From NCBI GenBank assembly GCA_030390025.1, contig CM059432.1, forward strand, positions 9,796,001 through 9,860,000: DNA of 64,000 nt, written 5' to 3'. Shown one piece after another: positions 37,259-49,246 of the stretch. The position numbers and the translations under genes are program-made. The notes beneath the pieces are model-generated. The model did not search any database and was not told the origin of the DNA. It saw only the letters and a list, made by a program, of their open reading frames with translations. The stretch comes from Squalus acanthias. Taxonomy: Eukaryota. The number at the start of each line of letters is the position of its first letter. Position 1 is the first letter of the stretch.

Positions 37259-38698
37259 TTTTTCTGTTACACTCTTATTTTTAAACATTCTGTCCCTTCC
37301 TGTTGCACTCTGGCTATTATTTCCCCCTTCTCTAGCCTGCTCTATTGCTTTCTCATTTCTCATTGACTTTTTAAATTCCCGCTCACCTGGATCCTCCCCC
37401 CCACTATTTAGATTAAAGCCCTCTCTACAGCCCTAGTTATTCGATTTGCCAGGACTCTAGCCCCAGCATGGTTCAAGTGAAGCCCGTCCAAATGGAACAG
37501 CTCCCTCTTATCCCAGTACTGGTGCCAGTGCCCCACAAATCGAAACCCATTTCTCCCACACCAGTCTTTGAGCGACTCGTTCATTTCTCTGATCTTATTT
37601 ACCCTATACAAATTCGCTCGTGGCTCAGGTAGTAATCCAGAGATTATTACCTTTGTGGTTCTGCTTTTTAATTTAGCCCCTAGCTGCTCATACTCCCTCA
37701 GCAGAACCTCTTTCTTTGTCCTACATATGTCATTGGTACCTACGTGGACCATGACAACTGGATCTTCCCCCTCCCACTCCAAGTTTCTCTCCAGCCCAGA
37801 GGAGATGTCCTTAACCCTGGCAACATAGCCTTCGGGACTCACGCTCTCGGCTGCAGAGAACAGTATCTATCCCCCAATCACTACAACATTTCTTTTTGCT
37901 CCCCGCACTTGAATGGCTCCCTGTACCACGGTGCTGTGGTCAGTTTGCTCATCCTCCCTACAGTCCCTGGCCTCGTCCACACAGGGAGCAAGAATCTCGT
38001 ACCTGTTGGACAAGGCCAAGGGCTGAGGCTCCTCCACCACTACCTCCTGGATCCCAATACCTGCCTCGCTTGTAGTCACACCCTTCTGTCCCTGACCATG
38101 GGCCAAATTGGAAGTAATTATTCTAGTGGGTGTGACTGCCTCCTGGAACATATTGCTCCCCCTCCCTAATGTGTCGCAGTGTCTGAAGCTCGGACTCCAG
38201 CTCATCAACTCTGAGCCGAAGTTCCTCGAGCAGCCAACATTTGCTGCAGGTGTGGTCGCCTTGGACCTCAATGGTGTCCACGAGCTCCCACATGCAACAA
38301 CAACAACACGTTGCCTGGTCTCCCATCTCAATTAATTAATTGGTTTTAAAATTTGGAACACTTATATCTTTTAATCTACACCAAGGCACTTAAATTTAGA
38401 CGCTCAAATTTGGAAAAAAGCGAGAAATAGAGAAATACTCACCAACCAATCACTTACCTACTTTCTGGTGACATCACACTTCGATTACTTTTTACTTCTT
38501 TACACTCCCCGGTCCTTTGTATCTCAGCGTCTCCCGCTGCTTTTGAACTCTCCCGGGTTTTGGCGCTCTCGCTCTGCTCCCGCTGGTTTTGAACTCTCCC
38601 GGGTTTTGGCGCTCTCGCTCTGCTCCCGCTGCTTTTGAACTCTCCCGGGTTTTGGCGCTCTCGCTCTGCTCCCGCTGCTTTTGAACTCTCTCGGGTTT
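37259..38698 (-). mobile_element. Second CR1 5' portion (frameshifted ORF1)
   Basis: ORFs 37408-37842 (HVGTND, DGLHLNH), 37867-38331 (LSNRYEIL, VVVIG) and 38123-38326 (CSKC, ELESEL). Confidence 0.88.
38531..38698. repeat. Tandem repeat, about 46 bp unit, about 3.6 copies, in CR1 5' UTR
   Basis: CTCCCGCTGCTTTTGAACTCTCCCGGGTTTTGGCGCTCTCGCTCTG repeated. Confidence 0.9.
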
Positions 38699-38959
38699 TT
38701 ACATGAGATAGTGAGAGAAACTCTGCTCTTGCATTCCCAGCATAGGGTTGTCTGGTAGAAATTCACTCTTGGGACAGAGGTAGCCAGTATAATTGACAGA
38801 TCTACTGGCCAACCCCTGGACAGGAAAGTCATGGGGAAATCTAAGAAACCTCCTGTCGCGGGAGAATACAAAACTCACGGGTTGGAGGTCAGTTGGGGAA
38901 ATACAATCTACTGAAGGAGGTAGGTAGGGCCGAGGCCAGTTGACCTAAAGAAAAAGGAG

Positions 38960-39122
38960 AAGAAAGACTTGCATTTATATAGCGCCTTTCACGACCACCA
39001 GATGTCTCAAAGCGCTTTACAGCCAATGAAGTACTTTTTGAAGAGTAGTCACTGTTGTAATGTGGGAAACGCGGCAGCCAATTTGCGCACAGCAAGCTCC
39101 CACAAACAGCAATGTGATAATG
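38960..39122 (-). mobile_element. SacSINE1-like 3' fragment
   Basis: Tail and Deu-domain end as in the other copies. Confidence 0.75.
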
Positions 39123-39529
39123 AAGGAATCCGAGCAGGTCCAGAGGAAACCTCAGCGTGATTCAGAGATAAAGTTGATCAAAAGAAAGTGCTACGTAGCC
39201 CACTGTGTATCAAAACCCTTTATAATTGTAAAAACCTCTATTGAAACTTCTCTGCTCTGGAAATAGCCTTAGAATCTCAAGTTTCTCCTCATAATTATTG
39301 TCCCTCATTTTTGGCATCATTCTTGAACTCAAGTTGATTTATTCTCCAGCTTGGTAATACTGAGGCTAATTGTAGGACCTTCACTTTGCCCCAGCTGAAA
39401 ACAGCAAGCTCAGCACTGACTCGGGATTGAACCTGGGACCTCCTGGTCCATACCATCATTAATGTCACCAGGGGAAGAAAGGTTTCCGGGCAAGTCCATG
39501 CCAGTGGACCCTTGGGTCACCACCTCCTT

Positions 39530-39905
39530 TACAACAACAACTTGCCTTTAACGTAGAAAAACATCCCAAGCTGTTTCACCGAAGCATAAGGAAGAAAATT
39601 TGACGCTGAGCCAAAGTAGGAAATATTGGGAAGGGATGACCAAAGGCTTGGTCAAAGGGTTGGGTTTTAAGGGGGATCTTAAAGGAGGAGACAGAAGTGG
39701 TGAGCTGGTAGAATTCCAGGGAGTGGGCTCTAAGTGGCTGAAGGCACGGCCGTCAACGGTGGGGTGAAGGGAGGGAGAATGCCACAGCCAGAGTAATGGC
39801 GAGTTTAAGGGTGGAGGGTTGTAGGGCTGGAGAAGGTTACAGAGATAGGGGGCAGCAAGGCCATGGAGGGATTTGAAAACACAAAGGATAATTTTAAATT
39901 TGGAG
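39530..39905 (-). mobile_element. L2 LINE 3' fragment
   Basis: FKIILCVFKSLHGLAAPYLCNLLQPY in ORF 39548-40063. Confidence 0.85.
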
Positions 39906-39921
39906 GCATTACTATAATTGA

Positions 39922-40633
39922 TGTTGTGTGGCAGGGCGGAACAGTGCTGCAGCATGCCAATGTGCTGTGCTGTGGGCAGGCTCGACATCTTAATTCCCGA
40001 TCCCTGACACAGCGAATGCCTGATTCCCAACCCGTGGAGGGAGGAGCTTTGTAGCACAGCCAAGGTGAGAGAAATCAGAGATTGAGTCCCCTTAGGCCAT
40101 TCTTACAACAGATCTTGCAGCAGCCACAAACAGGGTGGAATTGGTTACGATATGCCAGCAGACTGTCTGCTTGCAGTTGAGTATGCGGCGTGCAATGTTG
40201 GTGGATCCAGGATCGTATCTTCGTGCTGCATTGCGTGAGGCGACGCCCAGGCCATTACATCACAGCTCACAAGGAAAATACCTCATTGGCACTCAACACA
40301 GTTGGTAGGGCAGGGGGGGGAGATATTTCAAGCATGGCTCGCCTGTAATGATATAGCATGAGCATTTATAGATGTTCCCTTGCTTCAGCAAGTGCTGATG
40401 CTTCACATCAGTTTGAGTGTGGTGTTTAGAGACATTTCCTTCATCAGTACCTGGCAACGCTGCAGTTGAGTAACTAGTCTCACCCAGACTGGGCTAGGCA
40501 GGAAGGCTGAAGATAGAGTTTGTAGAGAAGCATCTGAGTTGCTATATATAAAGTTGTTTTAAACTTTTTAATAAAGATGTTACTTTCTCTATCAGTCTTG
40601 GATACAATACAAGGGAAAATCATCCTCTGCACA
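39922..40633 (+). mobile_element. Possible old LTR
   Basis: TG start, TATATAAA near 40545, AATAAA near 40570, CA end followed by AGTGGC (PBS-like); no TSD or second LTR found. Confidence 0.3.
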
Positions 40634-41289
40634 AGTGGCATTTTGCACTAAATACCTCGAGGCCTCCACTTTTGGCTATGGGGAGCTGTCTGAGCTGAAA
40701 TTCCATGATCTTCCCTTTCCTTTTCTATTTTTCCTGGAACCCCCACCCCACAAGGGAATGCTAGGAATAGGCAGCGTTATCCCAGCTTCAATACAGCGAC
40801 TGTTGGTCCTATAGTTTTCTTTGTCTAGGGGAGTGGTTGGCCTCCACTTGGTAACTGCCCCTTGGCTGTAGTCAAGAACTGACAGCGTGGGGAATAGATC
40901 TGCATTTCATCACTTCAATGGTGCAACGCGCCGCAGTGTTCCTGAGAGTGGACCTCACGCAAGACCATGTTGAGGACTGTTGAGTGAACCTTGCTGCGAA
41001 GTGAATGAGCGACACTGCAATTGGTGAGTGCGCACAGACTGTTTACAAAAAAGTTTCATTAAACATACAAGATTCAGATTTCCAGCATCCGCAGTATTTT
41101 GCTTTTGTATTAGTGTTTAATTCACTGCCACTTCTCTTCTAAGAATGCCCACCTTGAAGAAGTTCTGCTTTTTTCTCCGACGGGATTTCCGTTTGTCTCT
41201 TTTACCTTGTTCATCTTCATTGCTTTCTGTCTCTCTTCTCGTGTTTGATCAGGTCACCATCTCTTAATGTCTCTTAATCTCTCCTGCCT

Positions 41290-42483
41290 TCCATCTAGAG
41301 CCATCTTTTGTTTCTTAACTTGTCCCATTACCATCTCCTTTTGCCTTGCACCATCTCTTAATGTCTCTTAAGCTCTCCTGCCTTCTATCCTATCACAGAC
41401 CTTCCCTTTTGTTCTTTCCTCCCCTCCCCCCTCTCCCTGCCCCTGCACTTGCTTAAAAACCTGTTCGATCTCCAGCTTTTTCTAGTTCTGACGAAGGGTC
41501 ATCGACCTGAAACATTAAGGGGTAGAAATTAGGTCGCGCCCCATTTGGGGCGCAAATATCGTCCGGACGCAAATATTAGCACCTGGCGCTAATTATCGGC
41601 ACTGACAGGAAACTTCACTTTTACCGCCCCGGGAGGTGAGTGGAGCGCTAAAGCAGGCGCTGCACACCTCTCTTAAGGCGCAAAGGGCGAGCAGTGAGGC
41701 GCTAACTCGGAGCGCTGGCGAAGCTCATGTAATGTCAGTCAGCAATGGAACACACACACAATGGCACGGGCCAGTTCTTAAAGGGGATGGTTAATCTTGC
41801 TTTCCATCCACATCCTGTTCATTGCAGCCTTGAATCTCGGCCTGGAGAGACTTGCACATCAAATGTGCTGGAAAGTACAATGGAGAGTACCAGGCAAAGA
41901 GCTCAGAGTGCAGCTCCCACAGTCTCTGCTAAATCGATACAAGGAATGGCAAATCAAAATGAACCTGCAAAGTGCTGCTCAGTACCCAAAACTCCTTCAC
42001 ACAACGTTGAATCTCTCCAGAAGTCTCTCCCTCTCTCTCTCAGAATGCGTAGTTCAAAAATGCCACCAACAATAAAAGACAGGAAGAGGCCCCCTTTAAA
42101 TAGCGCCCCCCCCAGCCCCACAGCGATTGATAGCGTTCCAGTCTTCTGGTCGTTGGAAGCGCCAGGCGGTAAGGCAGGGGGCGCCACTCAATTTCTGCTA
42201 CGGGGCGCCACAAGGGCGTTGCACCATGGAATGACGTCACAATCTGCGCGCGCAGGTGGTCGCAGCGGTAAGTTTTAGCGCCGCCGCACAATCTCAAGTT
42301 AAGTTCTCGAGCGGCGCAAACATCGCTGCGCCCGGGCGTTAGCGGCTTTGCGCCCCATTAGCGCCCTCTTAAGGCGCTAACGGGAGGCGCAACCAAGTGA
42401 ATTTTTACCCCTAACTCTCTTTCTCTCTCCACAGATGCTGCCTGACCTGCTGAGTATTTTCAGCATTTTCTGTTTTTATTTCT
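41290..42483 (+). mobile_element. Penelope pseudo-LTR interrupted by a MITE
   Basis: Inverse homologue of 27958-28250; hammerhead core CTGACGA...GAAAC at 41484-41518 continues at 42412. Confidence 0.8.
41519..42411 (+). mobile_element. Harbinger MITE, TSD TAA
   Basis: TIRs GGGGTAGAAATT and AATTTTTACCCC; TAA at 41516-41518 and 42412-42414. Confidence 0.9.
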
Positions 42484-42843
42484 GAGGGGGGATTGACAGG
42501 GTAGATGCTGAGAGACTGTTTCGCCTGGCTGGAGAGTCTAGAACTAGGGGGCATAGTCTCAGGATAAGAGGTCATCCATTTGGCAAGATGAGGAGGAATT
42601 TCTTCACTCAGAGGGTTGTGAGTCTTTGGAAGTCTCTACCCCAAAGGGCTGTGGATGCTGAGTCTTTGAGTATATTCAAGGCTGAGATCGATAGATTTTT
42701 GGACTCTAGGGGAATCAAGGGATATGGAGATCGGGCGGGAAAGTGAAGTTCAGGTCAATGATCAGCCGTGATCTTATTGAATGGTGGAGCAGGCTCGAGG
42801 GACTGTAGGGCCTTCTCCTGCTCCAAATTCTTATGTTCTTATG
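42484..42843 (+). mobile_element. CR1 3' fragment
   Basis: Homologous to 48885-49246; (TTCTTATG)n tail. Confidence 0.85.
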
Positions 42844-43012
42844 TAATAGTAGTGCAGCCTGCTGTGCAGTACACGATTGACTGTAATTCACCTGCGTTGA
42901 ATGCATGAGTCCAAAAATGTGCGGGTTAGGTTGATTTGGCTATGATAAAAAATAAAAAAATAAATTGACCCTTAGTGTTAGGGGGGGATTAAATATGTGG
43001 GGTTATGGGGAT

Positions 43013-46000
43013 TGTCATAAATCGCAAGTAACAACTCAGGAAGTACTACTGGGCGGCCAGCTGGGGCGCCGTCCAGGGAGTATAAATACTCAGGCATGGG
43101 CCCACCTTGGGCAGAGACAATCTGGAAACAGGAAGCTAGTGACTGCTAACTAGACCTCCATGTTTTGTTACAAGTTGATTAAAGCCTTGCTTTATGTTCA
43201 AGTGCGTAGTGAGTCTTTATTGCGTCAATTTAATCAACTTGGTATCGTCTCCACGCTTTGGGTGATTCGGAACAACCAGCTGCAACTCGAACCACAGAAG
43301 GCAACTTGGGCAAGAAACTGATCCATCATGGAAAAACTCCTTAGACCCGCTCGTCTCGACCTGGACCCGAATGCACCTGCGGCAGCAAAGGTATGGAAGC
43401 ATTGGTTTCGTACCTTTAGCAACTTTCTTGAAGAATGTGGGGTGGATGTCCCTAATAAGTTACGAATGCTTATCAACTACGTGTCTCCTCATGTGTATGA
43501 TTATATTGAGGACTGTATAGACTATGACACTGCTATCGAAATCTTACAGCAGCTATATGTCAAGTCCCCAAATGAAATCTTTGCTCGACACCTACTGGCC
43601 ACAACTCGGCAGCAGCCTGGGGAATCACTCGATGAATTTCTCCAGAAACTTCGCAGGCTCAGCAAGGATTGTAACCTTAAAGCAGTTTCAGCTGAACAGT
43701 ATCAAGAGGAACTAATCCGCGATTCCTTTATCAATGGAATCGCGTCCCCTTTTATACGTCAGCGCCTGCTGGAAAATAAAGCCCTCAATTTACGGGCTGC
43801 TTATGACCAGGCGTGTTCCTTGGACTTGGCCAAGAAAAATGCAGACACTTATCTCCCACCACGTGCACGGGCGGCGGCTATCTCCTTTAATGAGTCTTTC
43901 GGTAGGTCTCGGGCGGATGCCCCCACTGATGTTGACTCTACTCTAACGGACGACGACCCTACCCTAGAGGCCTTCGCTGATGACGACCCCGCCCTAGCAG
44001 CATCCTGGCAATCAGGAAGAAAGTGTTTCTTTTGTGGAGGGGCGTGCCATCACAGAAAATTTTGCCCGGCTCGTAATGTGACCTGCAATCATTGCAGCAA
44101 GAAAGGACACTTTTCCAAGGTATGCCAGTCACGGGCCTTTGCTAACAAGAAAGGCCGCTCCTCTAAAGTATACCGGTCGAGAGCTCCTGTTAGCTTCACA
44201 GCTGCTATCTATGGAGCTGCTCCTCCCCCGAGAACTACTGTTAAGGCTACAGTTGCCGAAGGGAAAATTGCCCCTCCTCCCATCACGGCTGTTTTTCCCC
44301 AAAGTTTGTCCCATGCAGCCACGAAGGTTTCAGTAAATGGGCACACTCTAAGCGCGCTAATCGACTCCTGCAGCTCTGACAGCTTCATTAGTAAGCGGGC
44401 TGTCAACAGGTTAAAGCTGCACATTTATCCCTCGGACAGGGAGATTGCAATGGCTCTGACGACTCTGACCACCAATTCTTCTGGCTTCTGTCTGGTCAAC
44501 CTCATCCTCAACGGCCGCACGTATCGCTCCACCCGGCTCGGAGTACTCGCAAACTTATGCAGCGATGTGCTTCTGGGACAGGACTTCCAGAAGCAGCACA
44601 AGAAGATCACTTTTGAGTTTGGAGGGTCAAGGCCGGAGCTTACCATTTCTAAGGTGCCGTTTTGTGCACTCTCGGCGGCCTTACTCGGTGAACCCTCCCT
44701 GTTTGCCAATCTTCCCCCCCGCTGTAAACCCATAGCCACCAAATCGCGGCGCTTTAGCCAAGATGATCGAGCGTTTATTGAGGCGGAAATCTCTCGCCTT
44801 TTAGTCGACGGTATTATCGAGCCATGTTCATCTCCCTGGCGGGCTCAGGTCGTCATCGTGAGGAATCCCTTAAAACAACATAAAAAACGTCTGTGTATCG
44901 ATTATTCGCAGACTATTAATCTATATACCGATCTGGATGCCTACCCGCTGCCACGCATAGATGACATGGTCAACAACCTTGCCAAATACAAGGTATTCTC
45001 GACCTTCGATTTAAAAAGCGCGTACCATCAGGTGCCACTGCAAGACTCCGACAAGAAGTATACGGCCTTTGAGGCCAATGGTCGGCTTTTCCAGTTTCGC
45101 CGCCTTCCATTCGGGGTCACCAATGGGGTGGCCGTCTTCCAACGGGCCATGGATGGCCTAGTCCGGCAAGAGAACTTGACGGATACCTTTCCGTATTTAG
45201 ACAATATCACTATTGCCGGCCATGATCAAAAGGAGCATGACGCCAATCTTCAGAGATTTTTTGACGTACTCCGCCGTCGCCACTTAACGTTAAACGAATC
45301 CAAATCGGTGAAGTCGGTGCCATCGGTGAACATTCTTGGCTACTGGGTGGGCAACGGTGTTATTAAACCAGACCCAGAGCGACTTCGTCCACTTCAGGAG
45401 CTCCCTCCCCCGACGAACTCGGCTCTCTTCGTCGGGCACTTGGCATGTTTGCTTATTACGCAAAATGGATACCACACTTCTCCGATAAAATACAGCCCCT
45501 GCTCCATGTGAAGTCTTTTCCATTGGAAGCTACGGCTATTTCTGCCTTCAACCTCCTCAAACGACAGCTGGAGAAAGCCACGCTTCGCTCCATTGACGAA
45601 AATCTTCCTTTTGTGGTCGAATGCGATGCATCGGAGGTGGCGATCTCCGCTACCTTGAATCAAGGTGGCCGACCCGTGGCATTCCTATCCAGAACCTTGC
45701 AGGGTAGCGAGCTCCATTACCCCCCCGTCGAGAAGGAGGCTACGGCCATCATCGAGGCTGTACGCCAATGGGGTCATTTTCTTGCTCGGCATCATTTTAC
45801 GCTTATAACTGACCAGCGCTCTGTGGCCTTCATGTTGGATAACCGGAGGCGCACGAAAATCAAAAATAATAAAATTCAACTCTGGAGGATGGAGCTGGCT
45901 GCCTTTGGATATACTATCTGTTACCGACCCGGCAAACAGAACGTGGCCCCAGATACCTTCACACGGGCATTTTGCTCCTCAATGTCAACGTCGACTCTGG

Positions 46001-47514
46001 CGGATTTGCATATGGACTTATGCCATCCTGGTGTGACCCGCATGTTGCACTTTGTGCGCTCCAAAAATCTACCATTTTCAACCGAGGACGTAAAGAAAAC
46101 ATGCTCCTCCTGTAGGATTTGTGCAGAATTGAAACCACAATTCTTTCGCCCATCAGATGGCTTACTCATACATGCAATGCAGCCTATGCAGAGGCTCAGC
46201 ATAGACTTTAAAGGGCCATTGCCTTCGTCGACAAGGAACACCTACCTACTTACGATGGTGGACGAGTATTCACGCTTTCCCTTCGCCTTCCCCTGCCCTA
46301 ATATGCTTACCTCTACGGTAATTAAATGCCTCGATCAGGTCTTTTCCCTTTGCGGGACGGCCAATTTTATCCACACTAATCGGGGTCCCTCCTTTATGTC
46401 GAGTGAACTTAAAAGTTATCTCTCTCAACGGGGAATCGCCTCAAGTAGGATGACACCATATCACCCAATCGGTAACGGACAGGTTGAACGATACAATGCC
46501 ATCATCTGGAACGCTGTCCGTCTGGCACTAAGGTCACGCAACCTGCCGGACCAGCAGTAGGAAACGGTGCTCCCCGACGCGTTACACTCTATCAGGTCTC
46601 TTCTCTCCACATCTACTAATGTCACGCCTCATGAGCGATTCTTCAAATTCCGGCGTCGCTCTACACATGGGACGTCTCTACCGTCATGGTTGGTGGCTCC
46701 AGGCCCGGTGCTACTCCGGAGGTTCGTCCGGTCTGCCAAAAACGACCCTCTCGTTGACGAGGTGGAGTTAACGGAGGTAAACCCCACGTATGCGCACGTA
46801 CGGTACCCTGATGGCCGGGAGACCACCGTCTCGCTCCGAGATCTGGCTCCCTGCCCAACCGGTCACACGGGCCCGAATGATCCCCCGACAATGATATCAA
46901 CACTCCGCACCCCTATGAAAATGACGCCCCGCCTGGGATATCGGGGGATCTGCTGGCAACGCTACCGGATCAACTCAGGGAGCTGGACGCTCCCCGTAGG
47001 ATGGCCACCCGAAACCAGGACGCCGGACAATCTCCAGCCACGACCCGGGATGAGGCCAGCTCAGCACCTGTGGGGACCCGCACCCGGAGTCATGATATTC
47101 CCAGTCCTCCACAGGATGATCAAGATGACGCGGACTCTACTGACTTACCGGTACGGGCCAAGCGACCCAGGGACCAGGACACGGTCCGGGGAGACGTGCC
47201 TTCCAGTCACAAGCAGAGAGCTAAACGTCTGCGGCTATTTCTGGTCCGCCTAGTCCGTTAAAGGAAGACTGGACTTCCAAACCTTTTAGGGAGGAAGAAT
47301 GTCATAAATCGCAAGTAACAACTCAGGAAGTACTACTGGGCGGCCAGCTGGGGCGCCGTCCAGGGAGTATAAATACTCAGGCATGGGCCCACCTTGGGCA
47401 GAGACAATCTGGAAACAGGAAGCTAGTGACTGCTAACTAGACCTCCATGTTTTGTTACAAGTTGATTAAAGCCTTGCTTTATGTTCAAGTGCGTAGTGAG
47501 TCTTTATTACGTCA
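43013..47514 (+). mobile_element. Full-length Ty3/Gypsy LTR retrotransposon (4502 bp), TSD GGGAT, inserted in an HE1-like SINE remnant
   Basis: LTRs 43013-43227 and 47300-47514 (215 bp, TG..CA, one difference seen); TSD at 43008-43012 and 47515-47519; PPT AGGGAGGAAGAA at 47288-47299; TATAAA at 43081; ATTAAA at 43178. Confidence 0.97.
43328..46900 (+). pseudogene. gag-pol: Gypsy gag-pol polyprotein (CCHC, protease, RT, RNase H, integrase) with a frameshift near 45420 and a TAG at 46558-46560
   Basis: CNHCSKKGHFSKVC; LIDSCS; RLCIDY, DLKSAYHQ, LPFGVTN, YLDN; ECDAS, EKEA; H..CHPG..CSSC, SIDFKGP, GNGQVER. The 3' end of the ORF is approximate. Confidence 0.93.
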
Positions 47515-47799
47515 GGGATAGGATGGGATATGTTAGGGGGAATTAAATACATGGGGTTACGGGGGTAGGGTGGGATTTGTGTACTGTGGGGATTAAAACA
47601 GGGACAGGGTACTGGATTTGGATGATCAGCCATGATTGTATTGAATGGTGGAGCAGGCTCGACGGGCCGAATGGCCTACTCCTGCTCCTAGATTCTATGT
47701 TTCTATGTTTCTCTGAAGAGGCTAGATCAGTGCAAGAATTAAATGCGCAGCTTTTCACCACCTTTCAGATATAGGCCCATAAATGAGACCTGAGATCTT

Positions 47800-48290
47800 C
47801 TGTTCGCAACCTCGACGTCCTATTTGACCCTGAGCTGAGCTTCCGACCCCATATCCTCTCCACCACCAAAACTGCCGACTTCCACCTCCGTAACATCGCC
47901 CGTCTCCGCCCCGCCTCAGTCCATCTGCTGCTGAAACCATCATCCATGCCTTTGCTCCACCATTGGAGCAGTGCCATCAGCTGCCTTTGCCCTCAGCTCT
48001 TAAAGCGTCTTAAAGGAGGAGAGAGAGGCGGAGAGGTTTAGGCAGGGAATTCCAGAGCTTACGGCCTCGGCCGCCAATGGTGGAGCGATGAAAATCGGGG
48101 ATGTGCAAGAGGCCAGAATTGTAGAAGCACAGAGATCTCAGGGGGTGGCGGGGGGGGGATTGTGGGGCTGGAGGAGATTACAGAGATAGGGAGGGGCGAG
48201 GCCATGGAGGGATTTGAAAACAAGGCTAAGAATTTTTAAATTGAGGAGTTGCCGGCCTGGGAGCCAATATAGATCAGCGAGCAGAACAGA
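47800..48290. mobile_element. L2 fragments in opposite orientations (plus about 47800-48000, minus about 48001-48290)
   Basis: Plus part encodes LFDPELSFRPHI...FHLRNIAR; minus part matches 23965-24225. Confidence 0.7.
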
Positions 48291-48609
48291 ATTAAATAGC
48301 TTTTATATTTCTATATTGGTCATTTGAAAAATCCAGTTGCTCAATTACTGCAAAAAGCACAATAAATACATGAAAGCTTAAAAAATAATTTACTATAACT
48401 CAAAGTCAATGCAGCCCAGCACAAAGTAAGTTGATTTGCTTAAAAGCATCTTCTTGCAACTGGTTATTATCGCTGCTTTATCTCATTGCTGGGTTTAATT
48501 CAATCTTTCTCGCCTCAAAGGATGTGCATGTGTCCAAACAACTGTTGCCAGGGACTGAGGCAAGTGATCCCCATTCGCTAGTGACCTGAGGTCAGCACAG
48601 TCGACTGCA

Positions 48610-49246
48610 AAAGGGGTTGGAGTACAAGAGTAAGGAAGTCTTGCTACAATTGTACAGGGCTTTGGTGAGACCACACCTGGAGTACTGTGCACAGTTCTGG
48701 TCTCCTTATCTCCGCATCATATCTAAGGAAGGATATACTTGCCTGAGAGGCAGTGCAACGAAAGTTCACTAGATTGATCCCTGGGATGAGAGGGCTGCCC
48801 TATGATGAGAGATTGAGTAGATTGGGCCTATACTCTCTGGAGTTTAGAAGAATGAGATGTGATCTCATTGAAATATATAAGATTCTGAGGGGGATTGACA
48901 GGGTAGATGCTGAGAGGTTGTTTCCCATGGCTGGAGAGTCGAGAACTAGGGGCCATAATCTCAGGATAAGGGTTCGGCCATTTAAGACTGAGATGAGGAG
49001 GAATTTCTTCACTCAGAGGGTTGTGAATCTTTGGAATTCTCTACCCCAAAGGGCTGTGGATGCTGAATCGTTGAGTATATTCAAGGCTCAGATCAATAGA
49101 TTTTTGGACTCTAGGGGAATCAAGGGATATGGGAATAGGGCAGGAAAGTGGAGTTGAGGTCGAAGATCAGCCATGATCTTATTGAATGGTGGAGCAGGCT
49201 CGAGGGGCCGTATGGCCTACTCCTAATTCTTATGTTCTTATTCTTA
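48610..49246 (+). mobile_element. CR1 3' fragment
   Basis: ORF 48753-49157; (TTCTTA)n tail. Confidence 0.9.

Noticed and set aside
37078..38698. CRISPR-like arrays
   Set aside because: The units are head-to-tail with no unique spacers and lie in CR1 5' UTRs of a vertebrate genome.
43240..43250. tRNA-iMet PBS (TGGTATC)
   Set aside because: It is 12 nt from the LTR end and the match is short; it overlaps the self-complementary segment.
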